Source of the DNA: Chiloscyllium plagiosum
Lineage: Eukaryota
Reading direction: 5' to 3'
Length of the DNA stretch: 64,000 bases
Assembly: GCF_004010195.1 (NCBI RefSeq)
Contig: NC_057752.1
Span: 2,645,004-2,709,003 of the forward strand
Each line of letters starts with the position of its first letter. The stretch's first letter is position 1. Below the pieces are notes generated by a model. That model saw only the letters and a list, made by a program, of their open reading frames with translations, searched no databases and had not been told where the DNA came from. The translations under genes and the position numbers were made by a program. Shown piece by piece: positions 1 to 12,890 of the stretch.

Positions 1-975
1 CATCGTAATTGCCTTTCCCCCAGCTGTAACTCTTGCCCAGTGGTATACACCTATCCCTTTCTATCATTAAAGTAAACATAACAGAATTGTGATCGCTTTC
101 ACCAAAGTGCTCCCCTACTTCCAAGTCTAATACCTGGCCGGGCTCATTACCCAGTACCAAATCTAATGTGGCTTTTCCCCTTGTTGGCCTGTCTACATAC
201 TGTGTCAGGAAGCCCTCCTTCACACACTGGACAAAAACTGACCCACCTATTGTACCTGTACTGTAGTGTTCCCAGTCAATATTTGGAAAGTTGAAGTCCC
301 CCATGACAACTACCCTGTCTCTCTCACTCCTATCGAGAATCATCTTTGCTATCCTTTCCTCTACATCTCTGGAACTATTCGGAGGCCTATAGAAAACTCC
401 CAAGAGGATGACCTCTCCTTTTCCTGTTTCTAACTTCAGCCCACACTACCTCAGTTGATGAGTCCCCAAACACCCTTTCTGCAACTGTAATGCTGTCCTT
501 GACCAACAGTGCCATACCTCCCCTTCTTTTACCATCTTCTCTGTTCTTACTGAAACATCTAAATCCTGGAACCTGCAAAACCATTCCTGTCCTTTATCTA
601 ACCATGTCTCCAAAATGGCCACAACATCGAAGTCCCCGGTACCAATCCATGCTGCAAGTTCACCCACCGTATTCCGGATACTCCTGGTGTTGAAGTAGAC
701 ACACTTTAAACCAACTCTTTGCTTGCCGGTGCCATCTTGCGTCCCTGAAACTTGATTTTGGACCTCCTTACTCTCAACCTTTTCTATACTCGAACTACAA
801 TTTTGGTTCCCAACCCACCGCTGGATTAGTTTAAACCCACCCCAATAGCCTTCGCGAATTTCCCCCCCAGGATATTGGTACCTCTCTGGTTCAGATGAAG
901 ACCATCCTGCTTGTAGAGGTCCCACCTACCCCAGAAAGAGCCCCAATTATCCAAGAATCCAAAACCCTTCCTCCG
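1..975 (-). mobile_element. CR1-type LINE fragment: ORF1 SGNH-esterase C-terminus plus start of ORF2 APE endonuclease
   Basis: Minus ORFs give FLDNWGSFWGRWDLYKQDGLHLNQRG (esterase DGLH motif) and LKCVYFNTRSIRN...DVVAILETWL, ...GGMALLVKD (APE domain); frameshifted; runs off window start. Confidence 0.88.
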
Positions 976-1329
976 TGCCTGCAACCTGTCACTGACCTGC
1001 TCCTGACTGAAGCTGTAGAGTCCCTCTCTCAACCTGTCTGTCTGTCAACCCCTCTGTCCTCTGTTTAAGAGGATCCTTCACACCTAATCTTTAAGTGAGT
1101 GTTTAGTCACCTGTTTTAATGTCTTCCTGTGGGGCTCAGTGTCAGATATTGTTTAAATATCATTTAGAATTTACAGTACAGAAGGAGGCCATTTGACCCA
1201 TGGCTACCCAGCTAGTCCCATTCTCCAGCCCTATCACCATAAAGTCATCACTTGGAGAGCTCTCTTTGGAACCTCCTATAGAATCTGCCTCCACCACTCT
1301 CCCAGGCAGTGCATTCCAAATCTTAACAA

Positions 1330-2918
1330 TGACATAGCTTTGTCAAATAGAATTAAGGAGAATCCAAAGGGTTTTTTTCAAATACGTTAAGGACAAAAGG
1401 GTAACTAGGGAGAAAATAGGAACCCTCAAAGATCAGCAAGGTGGCCTTTGTGTGGAGCCACAGAAAATGGGAGAGATACTAAATGAGTATTTTGCAGCAG
1501 TATTTACTGTGGAAAAGGATATAGAAGATATAGACTGTAGGGAAATAGATGGTAACACCTTGCAAAATGTCCAGATTACAGAGGAGGAAGTGCTGGATGT
1601 CTTGAAATGCATAAAGGTGGATAAATCCCCAGGATCTGATCAGGTGTACCCTAGAACTCCTGTGGGAAGCTAGAGAAGTGATTGCTGAGCTTCTTGATGA
1701 GATATTTGTATCATCGATAGTCACAGGTGAGGTGCCGGAAGACTGGAGGTTGGTTAACGTGGTTCCACTGTTTAAGAAGGGTGGTAAGGACAAGTCAGGG
1801 AACTATAGACCAGTGAGCCTGACGTCGGTGGTGGGCAAGTTGTTGGAGGGAATCCTGAGGGACAGTATGTATGTGTATTTGGAAAGGCGAGGACTGATTA
1901 GGGATAGTCAACATGGCTTTGTGCGTGGGAAATCATGTCTCACAAACTTGAGTTTTTCTGAAGAAGTAACAAAGAGGATTGATGAGGGCAGAGCGGTCGA
2001 TGTGATCTATATGGACTTCAGTAAGGCGTCTCCCCATGGGAGACTGATTAGCAAGGTTAGATCTCTCAGAATACAGGGAGAACTAGCCATTTGGATGGTG
2101 GTAGAGGGTTGTTTTTCAGACTGGAGGCCTGTGACCAGTGGAGTCCCACAAGGATCGGTGTGGGGTCCTCTACTTTTCATCATTTATATAAATGATTTGG
2201 ATGCGAGCATAAGAGGTACAGTTAGTAAGTTTGCAGATGACACCAAAATTGGAGGTGTAGTGGATAGCGAAGAGGGTTACCTCAGATTACAACAGGATCT
2301 TGACCAGATGGGCCAATGGGCTGAGAAGTGGCAGATGGAGTTTAATTCAGATAAATGCGAGGTGCTGCATTTTGGGAAAGCAAATCTTANNNNNNNNNNN
2401 NNNNNNNNNNNNNNNNNNNNNNNNNNNNNNNNNNNNNNNNNNNNNNNNNNNNNNNNNNNNNNNNNNNNNNNNNNNNNNNNNNNNNNNNNNNNNNNNNNNN
2501 NNNNNNNNNNNNNNNNNNNNNNNNNNNNNNNNNNNNTGAGGGGTGACCTTATAGAGGTTTACAAAATTGAGGGGCATGGATAGGGTAAATAGGCAAAGTC
2601 TTTTCCCTGGGGTCGGGGAGTCCAGAACTAGAGGGCATAGGTTTAGGGTGAGAGGGGAAAGATATAAAAGAGACCTAAGGGGCAACTTTTTCACACACAA
2701 GGTGGTACATGCATGGAATGAGCTGTCAGAGGAAGCGGTGGAGGCGGGTACAATTGCAACATTTAAAAGGCATTTGGAGGGGTACATGAATAGGAAGGGT
2801 TTGGAGGGTGATGGGCCAGGTGCTGGCAGGTGGGACTAGATTGGGTTGGGATATCTGGTCAGCATTGACTGGTTGGACTGAAAGGTCTGTTTTCATGCTG
2901 TACATCTCTATGACTCTA
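1330..2918 (+). mobile_element. CR1 (HER1-like) LINE, 5'-truncated, RT region and 3' tail; contains assembly gap
   Basis: NYRPVSLTS, QHGF, GVPQGSV, KFADDTK RT motifs; ends in catctctatgactctat tail; interrupts an older antisense CR1 fragment (1170-1330/2920-2965). Confidence 0.92.
2390..2536. other. Assembly gap
   Basis: Run of N. Confidence 1.
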
Positions 2919-3424
2919 TAACTGTCTGAGCAAAGACGTTTTTCCTCATCTCACTCCTAGCTCTTGTAATGCTTTTGTAAAGCATCTTGAGGTAGATTTA
3001 CAACATTAAAGGGTCTTGATGAATACAAGTTGCTATCTTGATGATGCTGCCCTGATAGCATTATCCCATGAGCCTTTGCCTTCTAGCAAACGAAAATGAT
3101 TACTGTTACTCATGTTTCTTTCTTTGATTGTGTGATGGTCTTTCTGGGTGAGGTTGTATTTTAGGTACACTATAAGCACACATTACTATCAGTCATGTTC
3201 TATCTGTTCCACTAAGTGGTGGAATGAGACCTATCTTGGTCTATTATTGTCCCTGGTGTGGAGAGAAGTGCGTCTGCATGCAATCTTAAACTCTGCTCAC
3301 CATGCACTGCCTCAAATTGTTCGTGGCCCTGAATATGGGGGTTGGACCCTGTTTGGATCAGGTAGGCCTGAGGCCTGATCAAAATTATGCCAGAGGATAA
3401 GGTCAGCAGCAACCCTCGATAACA

Positions 3425-4445
3425 TGAAGAATGTGGTTGAATGTCAAGTTACCCATGTTGGTCACAAAAACAGGATCTGAATGGGGATAGTTGGGGAAAT
3501 GCAATGAGACCTGGGTTTCCTCGTACACCAGTCACTGAAAGTAAGCATTACAGATGTAACAGGCAGTGAAGAAGGCAAATAGTATGTTGGTCTTCATAGC
3601 GAGAGGATTTGAGTACAGGAGCAGGGATGTCTTGCTGCAATTGTACAGGGCCTTGGTAAGCCCACACCTGAAGTATTGTGTGCAGTTTTGGTCTCCTTAT
3701 CTGAGGAAGGATGTTCTGGTAATGGAGGGAGTGCAGCAAAGGTTTACCAGACTGATTCCTGGAATGAGAGAAAGCGATGACTGCAGATGCTGGAGATCAG
3801 AGTTGAAAAGTGTGGCATTGGAAAAGCACAGCAGGTCAGACAGCATCCAAGGAGCAGGAGAGTCGGTGTTTCAGGCATAAGCCATTCATCAGGACATTCC
3901 TGATGAAGGGTTTATGCCTGAAACACCACCTCTCCTGCACTTCGGATGCTACCTGACCTGCTGTGCTTTTCCAGCGCCACAATTGTCAACACTGATACCT
4001 GGGATGGCAGGGCTAACCCATGAAGAGAGACTGGATCAGTTCAGACTGTCCTCGCTGGAGTTTCAAAGAATGAGGGGGCATCTCAAAGAAACTGATAAAG
4101 TTCTAACAGGATTAGACAGGGTAAACAAAGAAAGGATGCTCCCAATGTCTGGGGAGTCCACAACCAGGATTCACAGTTTAGGGTAGGCCATTTGGGACTG
4201 AGATGAGAAGAAATGTCTTCACCCAGAGAGTGGGGAGCCTGTGGAATTCTGTGTCACAGAATGTGGTTGAGGCTAAAACATTGAATGATTTCAAGAAGGA
4301 GTTAGATATAGTTCTTGGGAATAAAGGGATCAAAGGGAATGAGGAGAAAGCTGGAAAAGGGGACTAAATTGAATGATCCGATTGAATAGCGGAGCAGGTT
4401 TGAAGGGCCGAATAGTCTATTCCTGCTCCTATTTTCTATGTTTTT
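3425..4445 (+). mobile_element. Older CR1 LINE 3' fragment, interrupted by a PLE-derived hairpin
   Basis: KKANSML...LYRALVSPHLKYCVQFWSPYLRKD; 3' tail cctgctcctattttctatg. Confidence 0.88.
3767..3990. mobile_element. Penelope-terminus-derived fold-back element (family A)
   Basis: Long inverted repeat centred near 3895; flanked by actgattcctggaatg (3751-3766) and actgatacctgggatg (3991-4006). Confidence 0.85.
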
Positions 4446-5074
4446 AAGTCCGAGGAGGAACATTGGGATGGACCATAATGGCAGGGGCAATTGCAAGAAG
4501 CTGATGTGCCAGAGAAGATCAATGTAATAAATGATTTTGTTGCACTGAGTGCTGGACAATAAGGATCCAACTGGTTAAAACCAAATCGAGGCCTGATGTC
4601 AGGGAGCTCATCAGATGGAAGGATTCTGGAATTGTACAAGGACCAGAGTCTGGAATCATTTAAGAAACCATTGCAATCTTGTGGTCAGGGGACTTTCGGG
4701 GATTTCCTGCAGCAAAGTGCTCCCCCCATGGTTGTTTTTTTGTTTGATATTTACTATGTGATCCTATGGTGCACTTGGTCTTGCACTCACTTCTGAGCCA
4801 GTAGAGATGTAGGTACAAGTCCCACTTAAGGGACTGCAGACCAAATTTTTGGTAGAGTCGAAAGGGAATTGAGGGATTGCTGCCCTGTCAGAAGTGCTGT
4901 CTTTTAGCTTTTATAGACAAAGCATTAGTGTGTATGTCTCTTACTGAACTATGCAGATCACCATGGGCCTTTTGCCAGCTTTGCCACTATATCGAAGGTT
5001 TTCATCTATTCTCCCTCTGAGCTAGTTCCTGCCAGGGCCCTTCTGTATAGAGAAGAAGCTATGAATTTAACTAT

Positions 5075-5350
5075 ATATCTTCCTATCCCTAGCCACACTG
5101 GTATGTGGCACAGCAAATAATCCTGAGATTACAACTCTCGAGGTCCTGCATTTCGGTTTCCTAACTAACTCCTAGAACTCCTTTTGCAGGATCGTATCTC
5201 TCCTTCTACCTATGTCATTGGTACCAATATGGACCTTAACCTCTGGCTGCTCAGTGCTTGCTTGGAGATATCTTGACCCTGGCACCAGTAGTCCCACAGC
5301 CACAGAAAAGCCAAGCTGTGCCCTGACTATAGAGTCCCCTATCACTACTC
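5075..5350 (-). mobile_element. CR1 ORF1 SGNH-esterase fragment
   Basis: Reverse strand reads VVIGDSIV (~5325-5350) and VHIGTNDI (~5211-5234), the GDS and GxND blocks. Confidence 0.75.
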
Positions 5351-5364
5351 CTCACCCACTTTGT

Positions 5365-5690
5365 AGGAATAACAGCAAAATGGGCTGCTATTTAAATGTT
5401 GAAAAATTGTAGCATGCTGTGTAGCGGGACCTGGGTGTGCTTGAGCATGAATCACCAAAGAGTTGATTTACAGGTGCAGAAGTAATTAAGAAGGCAAATG
5501 GAATATTGTCCTTCATTGCTCGAGGGATGAAGTTTAAAAACAGGCAGGTTCTGCTGCAGCTGTATGGGATCAGACCTACAGTACCATGTATAGTTTTGGT
5601 CTCCTTACTTGACAAAGGATGGACTGGCACTGGAGGGGGTGCAGAGGAGGTTGATTCCGGAGTTGAGAGGGTTGGCTTATGAGGAGGGGA
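5365..5690 (+). mobile_element. CR1 RT C-terminal fragment
   Basis: LALEGVQRRLIPELRGLAYEE; similar to other CR1 copies here. Confidence 0.75.
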
Positions 5691-6594
5691 ATGGCCTCAG
5701 TTGCTGTGATATTCTTCTTATGCATTGCCTGCTCACACTTACTTGTCTTCCTAGTGGTCATCCCTCTCTGTGTAGCCCTTACAGGTGGTGTGAGCAGCTT
5801 AATAAATGTGCTATTGACGACATTCTCAGCCTCATGAATGCCCCATAGTGAGTCCATCCGCAGCACATTGCCAGTGTTGCCAGCCAGATTTCCGAATTGC
5901 ACTTTAAGCAAAAAAACAAGGAACATCCCAAAAGCATAAAATATTAGATCCAGAAACATCAGCATTGATTTCACTAATCTCTGCACAAACAAGATCGAGA
6001 AAATGTCAGAATCAGAGGAACAGTTGTCACGGCCCAACAAAGCAAGTTCTTAACAATCGGTAACCTAATTATCCTCCATCTGTCCCTGAAAGTGGTCAGA
6101 CATTCTCGTGCAGTTTGTTCTGTCTTAACTCTTTATAATTCACTGTGCATTATCTGTTATACACTGTATTACTATTAATGTGCAGACAAGCTATTTTAAA
6201 TGCCTGACTACCCATTTACATGGATCATGTATTTAAAAAGAATTATTTTGCTATTGTTCAAGCCGAACAGTGCACTGGCAAATATTCAGTCTGTGAATAG
6301 ACCAAATGCGGTCTCCAGCAAAATCTATTCTGAAACCACAAGGACCTTGAGCTAATTAAAGGACATAGCCATGGCTCATACTTCACCCATCTCTCTGTCC
6401 AATTTCCGAATTGCACTCAGAGTCGTGTGCAGCCTGGTATTAATGTACTTATGAAATGGTGGTTCTGTCAGCTCCTAGTCCTGTTGTGTAGTATCTTTAC
6501 TGTCTAGGCCTACCTTTGGGATGTGATTTCTTGCCGACTTTCTCTGTCTTCAAGAATTCAGTGTTGTGTCTAAGCCCTACTGTGTGCGAGATCT

Positions 6595-6705
6595 TGGAGA
6601 AGATTTGTAGTTCAGGTTGTGAATCAGGTTGTCGGTTTGCTCACTGAGCTTGTGGGTTTGATGTTAAACAAACCCACCAGCTCAGCGAGCAAACTGACAG
6701 CCTGA
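6595..6705. repeat. Short fold-back element (distinct family, possibly another PLE terminus)
   Basis: caggttgtcggtttgctcactgagcttgtgggtttg / caaacccaccagctcagcgagcaaactgacagcctg arms with a short loop; cctactgtg on both sides (6576-6584, 6706-6714). Confidence 0.7.
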
Positions 6706-6784
6706 CCTACTGTGCATGCAAACGTGCCCTCATTTCCTGTGTTTGGTACAGCATCTCTACACTCTATCCTAATCCATGGGAATT

Positions 6785-7450
6785 TCACCAAAATCCGAAG
6801 AGTTACCATTGACCAGAAACTGAACTAGACTAGCTATATGAATACCATGGCTGCAAGAGCAGGTCAGAGGCGAGGAATAATGCAGCAAGTAACTCACCTC
6901 TTGACTCTCCAAAGCGTGTCCACCATCTACAAGGCACAAGTCAGGAGTGTGATGTAATACACCCCACTTGCCTGGATGGGTGCAGCTCGAACAACACTCA
7001 AGAAGTCTGACATCATCCAGGACAAAGCAGCCCACTTGACTGGCACCACATCCACAAACATCCACACTCTCCACCACCAACACTCAGTAACAGCAGTGTG
7101 AACTATCTACAAGATGCACTGTAGAAATTAGCCAAAGAACCTCAGGCAGCACCTTCCATGACTTCTACCTTCCAGAAGGACAAGAGCAGCAGATGCATGA
7201 GAACACCATCCACTGCACGTTCCTCTCCAAGCCACTCAACAACCTGAAAATTTATCGCTGTTCCTTCAGTGTCGTTGGGTCAAAATCCTAGAACTCCCTC
7301 CCAAATGGCATTGTGGGTCAACCCACAGCACATGGACTGCAGTGGTTCTAGAAGGCTGCTCACCACCACATGTCAGGACAATTAGGGCAGGGCAATAAAT
7401 ACTGGCCCAGCCAGCAATGCCCACATTCCATGAATGAATTTTAAAAAAAA
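6785..7450 (+). mobile_element. Non-LTR LINE 3' fragment of a clade distinct from the HER1-type CR1
   Basis: Plus frame reads approximately STIYKAQVRSVM*YTPLAWMGAARTTLKKSDIIQDKAA; tail gggcaataaatactggcccagccagcaatgcccacattccatgaatgaatt followed by an A-run. Confidence 0.75.
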
Positions 7451-7734
7451 CTTATCTTCAGTGGCTGGCATTTCGGCGTACAACACATTCTTTGTCCCAG
7501 CTTTGGAAAATTTCCTTTTGTTCATGGTGCTTTGCCAGGCACCTTTTGAGAGTTTATTGAGCTGTAAAACAACAGGATTCAATTCTGATTTTCGTTTGTC
7601 TCTGGTTTGTTGATAACTGCCCAGTCCTGAATCCTCAACTTGTTTTAGTCTGCTAGCATGCATTGTTCACACCATGTTTCCCCAGTTCAGTGAGCCCTGG
7701 TACCCATAGAGAACAGGCTCTTTTGCCAATTGGT

Positions 7735-8460
7735 GTGATAGAACATTACAGCGGAGTACAGTCCCTTGATGTTGCGCTAACCTGTGGAACCATCTGCAGC
7801 CTATCTAACCTACACTCTTCCATTTTCATCAATATGTCTATCCAATGACCATTTAAATGCCCTTAAAATTGGTGAGTCAAGATTAGAGTGGTGCTGGAAA
7901 AGCATAGCAGGTCAGACAGCATCCGAGGAGCAAGAAAAGCAATGTTTTGGGCAAAAGACCCTCGTCAGGAATCATCAGGATTCCTGCTGAAGGGCTTTCG
8001 CCCGAAACGTCGATTTTCCTGCTCCTCAGATGCTGCCTGACTTGTTGTGCTTTTCCAGCACCACTCTAATCTTGACTCCAATCTCCAGCATCTGCAGTAC
8101 CCACTTCTGCCTTTAAGTTGGTGAGTCTACTACTGCCGCAGGCAAGCCTTTCCACTCCCATACTACTTTGAGTAAAGAAACTACCTCGGATATCTGTCCT
8201 ATATCTTTCATCCCTCAATTTAAAGCTATGTTCCCTCGTGCTAGCCATCACCCTCAAGGAAAAAGGCTCTCATTATCCACCCTGTGTAACCCTCTGATTA
8301 TTTTATATGTCTCAGTTAAGTCACCTCTCAACCTTCTCTCTAACGAAAACAGCCTCAAGTTCCTCAGCCTTTTCTCGTAAGACCTTCCCTCCATACCAGG
8401 CAACGTCCTCGTAAATCTCTGAACCCTTTCCACAAAGCTTCCACACCTTCCCATAATATG
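7735..8460 (-). mobile_element. CR1 3' fragment (second family), interrupted by a PLE hairpin
   Basis: VQRFTRTLPGMEGRSY...RLRGDLTETYKIIRG on minus strand. Confidence 0.85.
7879..8109. mobile_element. Penelope-terminus-derived fold-back element (family A)
   Basis: Inverted arms around 7975; flanking duplication ccttaaaattggtgagtc (7861-7878) / cctttaagttggtgagtc (8110-8127). Confidence 0.85.
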
Positions 8461-9664
8461 ATAACTTTAAAATAATTCGACTTTGTAAACTGAGAAGATG
8501 TTTACACCTGTGAGGCAGTCTAAAACTGGGTGTATGAAGATGGCCACTCATTAATCTATAAGACCATAAGATACAGGAGCAGAAGTAGGCTATTCAGCCC
8601 ATTAAGTCTGCTGAGCCATTCATTGAGATGCTGGTTGATCTGATCATCCTCAACTTCACTTTCCTGCCTTTGCAGACAGGAATTCAGGAGCAACTTCCTC
8701 ACCCAGAAAGTGGGAGAATGTGGAACTTCCCACCAGGAATAGTTGAGGTGAAGAAAGGAAATACCATTTCAGTAGAAACTGGATAAGTACATGAGGGTAA
8801 AAGAAATAGACTGATTCTTTTAATCATTGCATGGGATGTGGGTGTCACTGGCTAAGCCAGCATTTGTTGCCCATCCCAAATTGCCAGGCCATTTAAGAGT
8901 CAAGACACATTGCTGGAGTCACATGTAGGCTTGACCAGGTCACAATGTCAAATTTACTTTCCCTACTTCTCCTAGTTCTTATGAATGGCCATCTGTGCTA
9001 TAAAGGAGTGTGCGAGACTGAATAAAAAGCTGGACTCTTGTTGACCATTATCTGTCAGATAACCTGGGGAGATCATGCAGACCCTTCCCATTGGCAACAT
9101 AAAGCCCATTAATAGAATTACAATCCTTCATGTAATAGATCTCTCCCTGGAAAAGGGAATAACCGTGGAGCTATGGGGAAAAGGGCAGGGGAAGGGAGAC
9201 TAATTGGATGCAGCATGATTGGCTGCAAGATTCTCCGTACCTCTAAGTTCAGACCTCTAGACAAGGCCTGTTCAAGGTTGAGGGATGACTGGGTGATGAA
9301 CTGAAGCCAGTTTGAGTGGCTGTTCCTTAAAGTAAATGAGAGTTGGCAAGTCTTCAGACAGAATCCATCGCAATTCTCTTGGCACATTTGAATGTCAGGG
9401 AGGCCCAGGAGCCAAACTTGGCAGTCTGGAATGTGAACTAAATGCTCCGACTGCTAGACTACATTACAGCAGTCTGAAAATATGTTAGAATACATACACG
9501 GTGTGTACATGCTAGTTAATCTCACTAGCTTTTTGCTGCAAAAGACTAGATGGCATCAGCGCTACCTTAACTGTGCCATGTGAGGGCACAACCACTTGAC
9601 TCCTAATTGTTTTCAACATGACTTGCAGAATTAGGTTCTGGTTTTCAGTAAAGATTTGGTCAGC

Positions 9665-9960
9665 GTTTATTACCCATCCCTAATTGCTCAGAGGGCAGTT
9701 AGGAGTCAACCACCCACATTGAAGTCATGTATTGTCCAGACCAGTTAGAGATGGCAGTTTCCTTCCCTAAAGGGTATTAGTGAGCCAGTTTTTTTCGACA
9801 ATTGACACTGGATTTGTGGTCATCACTAGATTCTTAATTCCAAATTTTTATTGAATTCAAATTTCAGCATCTGCCATGGTGGGATTTGAACCCTCTCCCC
9901 AGGATATTACCTGGGTCTCTGATTAATAGCAAGAATGCCACTACACCATCACCTCTCCAT
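9665..9960 (-). mobile_element. tRNA-headed SINE sharing its 3' tail with the 6785-7450 LINE
   Basis: Reverse strand has A/B-box-like head (ggtgtagtgg...gggttcaaatccc) and gatgggtaataaac tail. Further copies at ~8820-8965(-), 15160-15450(+), 18750-18850(-), 20165-20750(-), 21465-21790(+), 58740-59072(-). Confidence 0.8.
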
Positions 9961-10115
9961 TCATTTTCCTCCCCTTTTTTTTTGATGCTGACTGTCATCT
10001 TATACATTGTTAAAAGTGCCCCTTTGTTATGTGGAAGCATCAACATTGGTTTGACTGAGGAGAGGGGAGGCTTTAGAATGCAGACAATTTCAGTCCTCAC
10101 CAGCATGTATATGCA

Positions 10116-11525
10116 AGACCATAAGACATTGGAGCAGAAATTAAGCCATTCGACCCATTAAGTCTGCTCTGCCATTCAATCATGCTTGATAGGCTTTCAA
10201 CCCCATTTTCCTGCTTTTTCCCTGTAACCTTTGATCCCCTTGGCAATCAAGAACTTCTCTATCTCTGTTTTAAATGTACTCAATGGCCTGGCCTCCACAG
10301 CCTTCTGTGGCAACGAATTCCACAGATTTACCATTCTCTGGCAAAAGAAATTTATCTTATCTCCGTTCTAAAGGGACTTCCCTTTACTCTAAGGCTGTGC
10401 CCTTGGGTCCTCATCTCTCCTGCCAATGGAAACATCTTCCCAATATCCACTCTGTCCAGGCCGTTCAGTATTCTAAAAGTTTCAATCAGATCCCCCCTCG
10501 TCCTTCTAAACTCCATCGAGTATAGTTCCAGAGTCTTCAAACATTCCTCATATGTTAATCCTTTCATTCCTGGGATCATTCCCATGAACCTCCTCTGGAC
10601 CCGCTCCAGGGCCTATATGTTTTTCCTGAGGTATGGGGACCAAAACTGCTCTCAATTCTCTAAATGTGGTCTGACCAGAGCCTTATAAAGCCTTAGAAGT
10701 ACACCCCTGCTTTTATATTCTCATCCTCTTGAGATGAATGACATTGTATTTGCCTTTCTAACTACTGACTCAACCTGCAAGTTTACCTTGAGAGAATCCT
10801 GGACTAGGGCACCCAAGTCTCTTTGCACTTCAGACTTCTGAATTCTCTCCCCATTCAGAAAATAGCCCAGGCCTTTATTCTTCCTACCAAAGTGTATGCC
10901 CTCACACTTTCCCACGTAGTATTTCATCTGCCACTTCTTTGCCCACTCTCCTAACCTGTCTAAATCTTTCTGCAGCCTCCCTGTCTCCTCAGTACTACCT
11001 GTCCCTCCACCTATCTTTGTATCGTCTGCAAACTTAGCCAGAACACCCTTAGTTCCTGCATCCAGATCATTAATGTATAAAGTGAAAAGTTGTGGTCCCA
11101 ACACTGACCTTTGTGGAACACCACTAGTCACTAGCTTCCAGCCTGAGAAGGACCCTTTTATCCCCCCTCTCTGCCTTCTGCCAGACAGCCAATCTTCTAT
11201 CCATGCCAGTACCTGGCCTCTAACACCATGGACCCTTATCTTACTCAGTAGCCTCCTGTGCGGCACCTTATCAAAGTCCAGATAGACAACATCCATTGGC
11301 TCTCCTTGGTCTAACCTGCTTGTTACCTTCACAAAGAATTCGAGCAGATTTGTCAGGCATGATATCCCTTTGATAAAACCATACTGACTTTGCCCTGTTT
11401 TATCATACACTTCCAAGTATTCAAAAATCTCACCCTTCATAATGGACTCCAAAAGCTTACCAATGACTTTAGGTCAGGTTAATCAGCCTATAATTTCCTG
11501 TCTTTTGCCTTGCTCCCTCCTTAAA
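10116..11525 (-). mobile_element. CR1 LINE, RT region and 3' tail
   Basis: ORF 10721-11452: QYGFIKG, FDKVPHRRLL, GVPQRSVLGP, KFADDTK. Confidence 0.92.
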
Positions 11526-11534
11526 TGTATACAC

Positions 11535-11712
11535 ACTCAGTTGGCTAGATGGCTGGTTTGCAATGCAGGGTGGTACAGTGTGTATTCAATTCCTGCCCTG
11601 ACTAAGGTTTTTTTTGACCATGAAGGACTGTCCTTCACAATCTCTCCCCTTGTTTGAGGCATGGTGACCATCCCATTAAACCATCACAAGTTGTTTCTCT
11701 CTCTAGTAAAAG
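11535..11712 (+). mobile_element. Probable additional tRNA-derived SINE (degraded)
   Basis: ctcagttggctag...ttcaattcctg resembles Pol III A/B boxes; followed directly by an HE1-like insertion. Confidence 0.5.
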
Positions 11713-11732
11713 AGCAGCCCTATGGTCCTATT

Positions 11733-12035
11733 CATAGAATCCCTGCAATATGGAAGCATGCCATTCAGCCCATCAAGTCCACACTGGCCCTCCAAAGAGC
11801 ATCCCACCCACACCTGTCCCCCTATTCAATCCCTGGGACTTAGCATTTCCCATGGCTAATCCATCTATCCTGCACATCTCTGGACTGTGGGAGGAAACTG
11901 GAGCACCCGGAGGAAACCCACGCAGACGTGGGCAGAATATGCAAACTCCACACAGACAGTCATCTGAGGCTGGAATCAAATTTGCGTCACTGGCGTTGTG
12001 AGGTAGCAGTGCTAAGCACTGAGCCACTGTGCTGT
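11733..12035 (-). mobile_element. HE1/V-SINE-like tRNA-derived SINE
   Basis: Reverse strand: gcacagtggctcagtgcttagcactgctacctcaca...ttgattcc head, tgtctgtgtggagtttgca...ggtttcctccgggtgctcc core, CR1-like tail. Confidence 0.85.
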
Positions 12036-12109
12036 TACCTTTATGTACAGGCATGCAGGTGCACCAATACTCAGACCCATACATTCACACAAGTATACAC
12101 ACCTACCCT

Positions 12110-12890
12110 AACCATAAGATGTAGGAGCAGAGGAAGACCATTTTGTGAAATTCTCCTGACTGTCTCTAATGTCAGCATATCTTTGGTTAGGTAAGAGGAC
12201 CAAAACTGTTCACAGTATTCCAGCTGTGGTCTGACTAGTGGTTTGTATAGTTTTAACAAAATCTTTCTACTTTTATGCTCCATTCCCTTTGAAATAAAGG
12301 AGAAAGTGAGGACTACACTCCTGATAGAATAAAGAATACAGTGCAGAACAGGTCTTTCAGCCCTCGATGTTGCGCCGACCTGTGAACTATTCTCTGCTTG
12401 TCCCCCTACACTATCCCACCATCATCCATGTGCTTATCTAAGGATTGTTTAAATCTCCCTAATGTGGTTGAGTTGACTACGTTAGCAGGTAGGGCATTCC
12501 ACGCCCTTACCACACTCTGCATAAAGAACCTGCCTCTGACATCTGTCTTAAATCTATCACCCCTCAATTTGTAGTTATGCCCCCTCATACAAGCTGATGT
12601 CTTCATCCTAGGAAAAAGACTTTCACTGTCTACCCTATCTAATCCTCTGATCATCTTGTCTGTCTCTATCATATCCCTTCTTAGCCTTCTTATTTTATTC
12701 CTGAAACATCAACTCTCCTCCTTCTTGGATGCTTCCTCACCTGTGATTTTCCAGTGCCACCGTTTTCGCCTTTGAAATAAAGGTCAACATTCTATTTACC
12801 TTCCCTATTGCCAACTGAACTTGGATGCTGGCTTTTTGTGATTCATGATGAGGCCTCCCAAGTATTTCTGTTCTGTCGCTTTCTGTAGTC
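12110..12890 (-). mobile_element. Three-level nest: old CR1 containing a PLE hairpin remnant (12301-12768) containing a younger CR1 3' end (~12325-12690)
   Basis: Perfect duplication cctttgaaataaagg at 12286-12300 and 12769-12783 brackets the PLE remnant; CR1 peptides LYKPLVRPQLEYC and RGLDRVDSESLFPR on minus strand. Confidence 0.8.

Noticed and set aside
11960..12035. tRNA-like A/B-box sequences here and at other SINE heads
   Set aside because: They are 5' heads of SINEs followed by SINE body and LINE-like tails, not tRNA genes.
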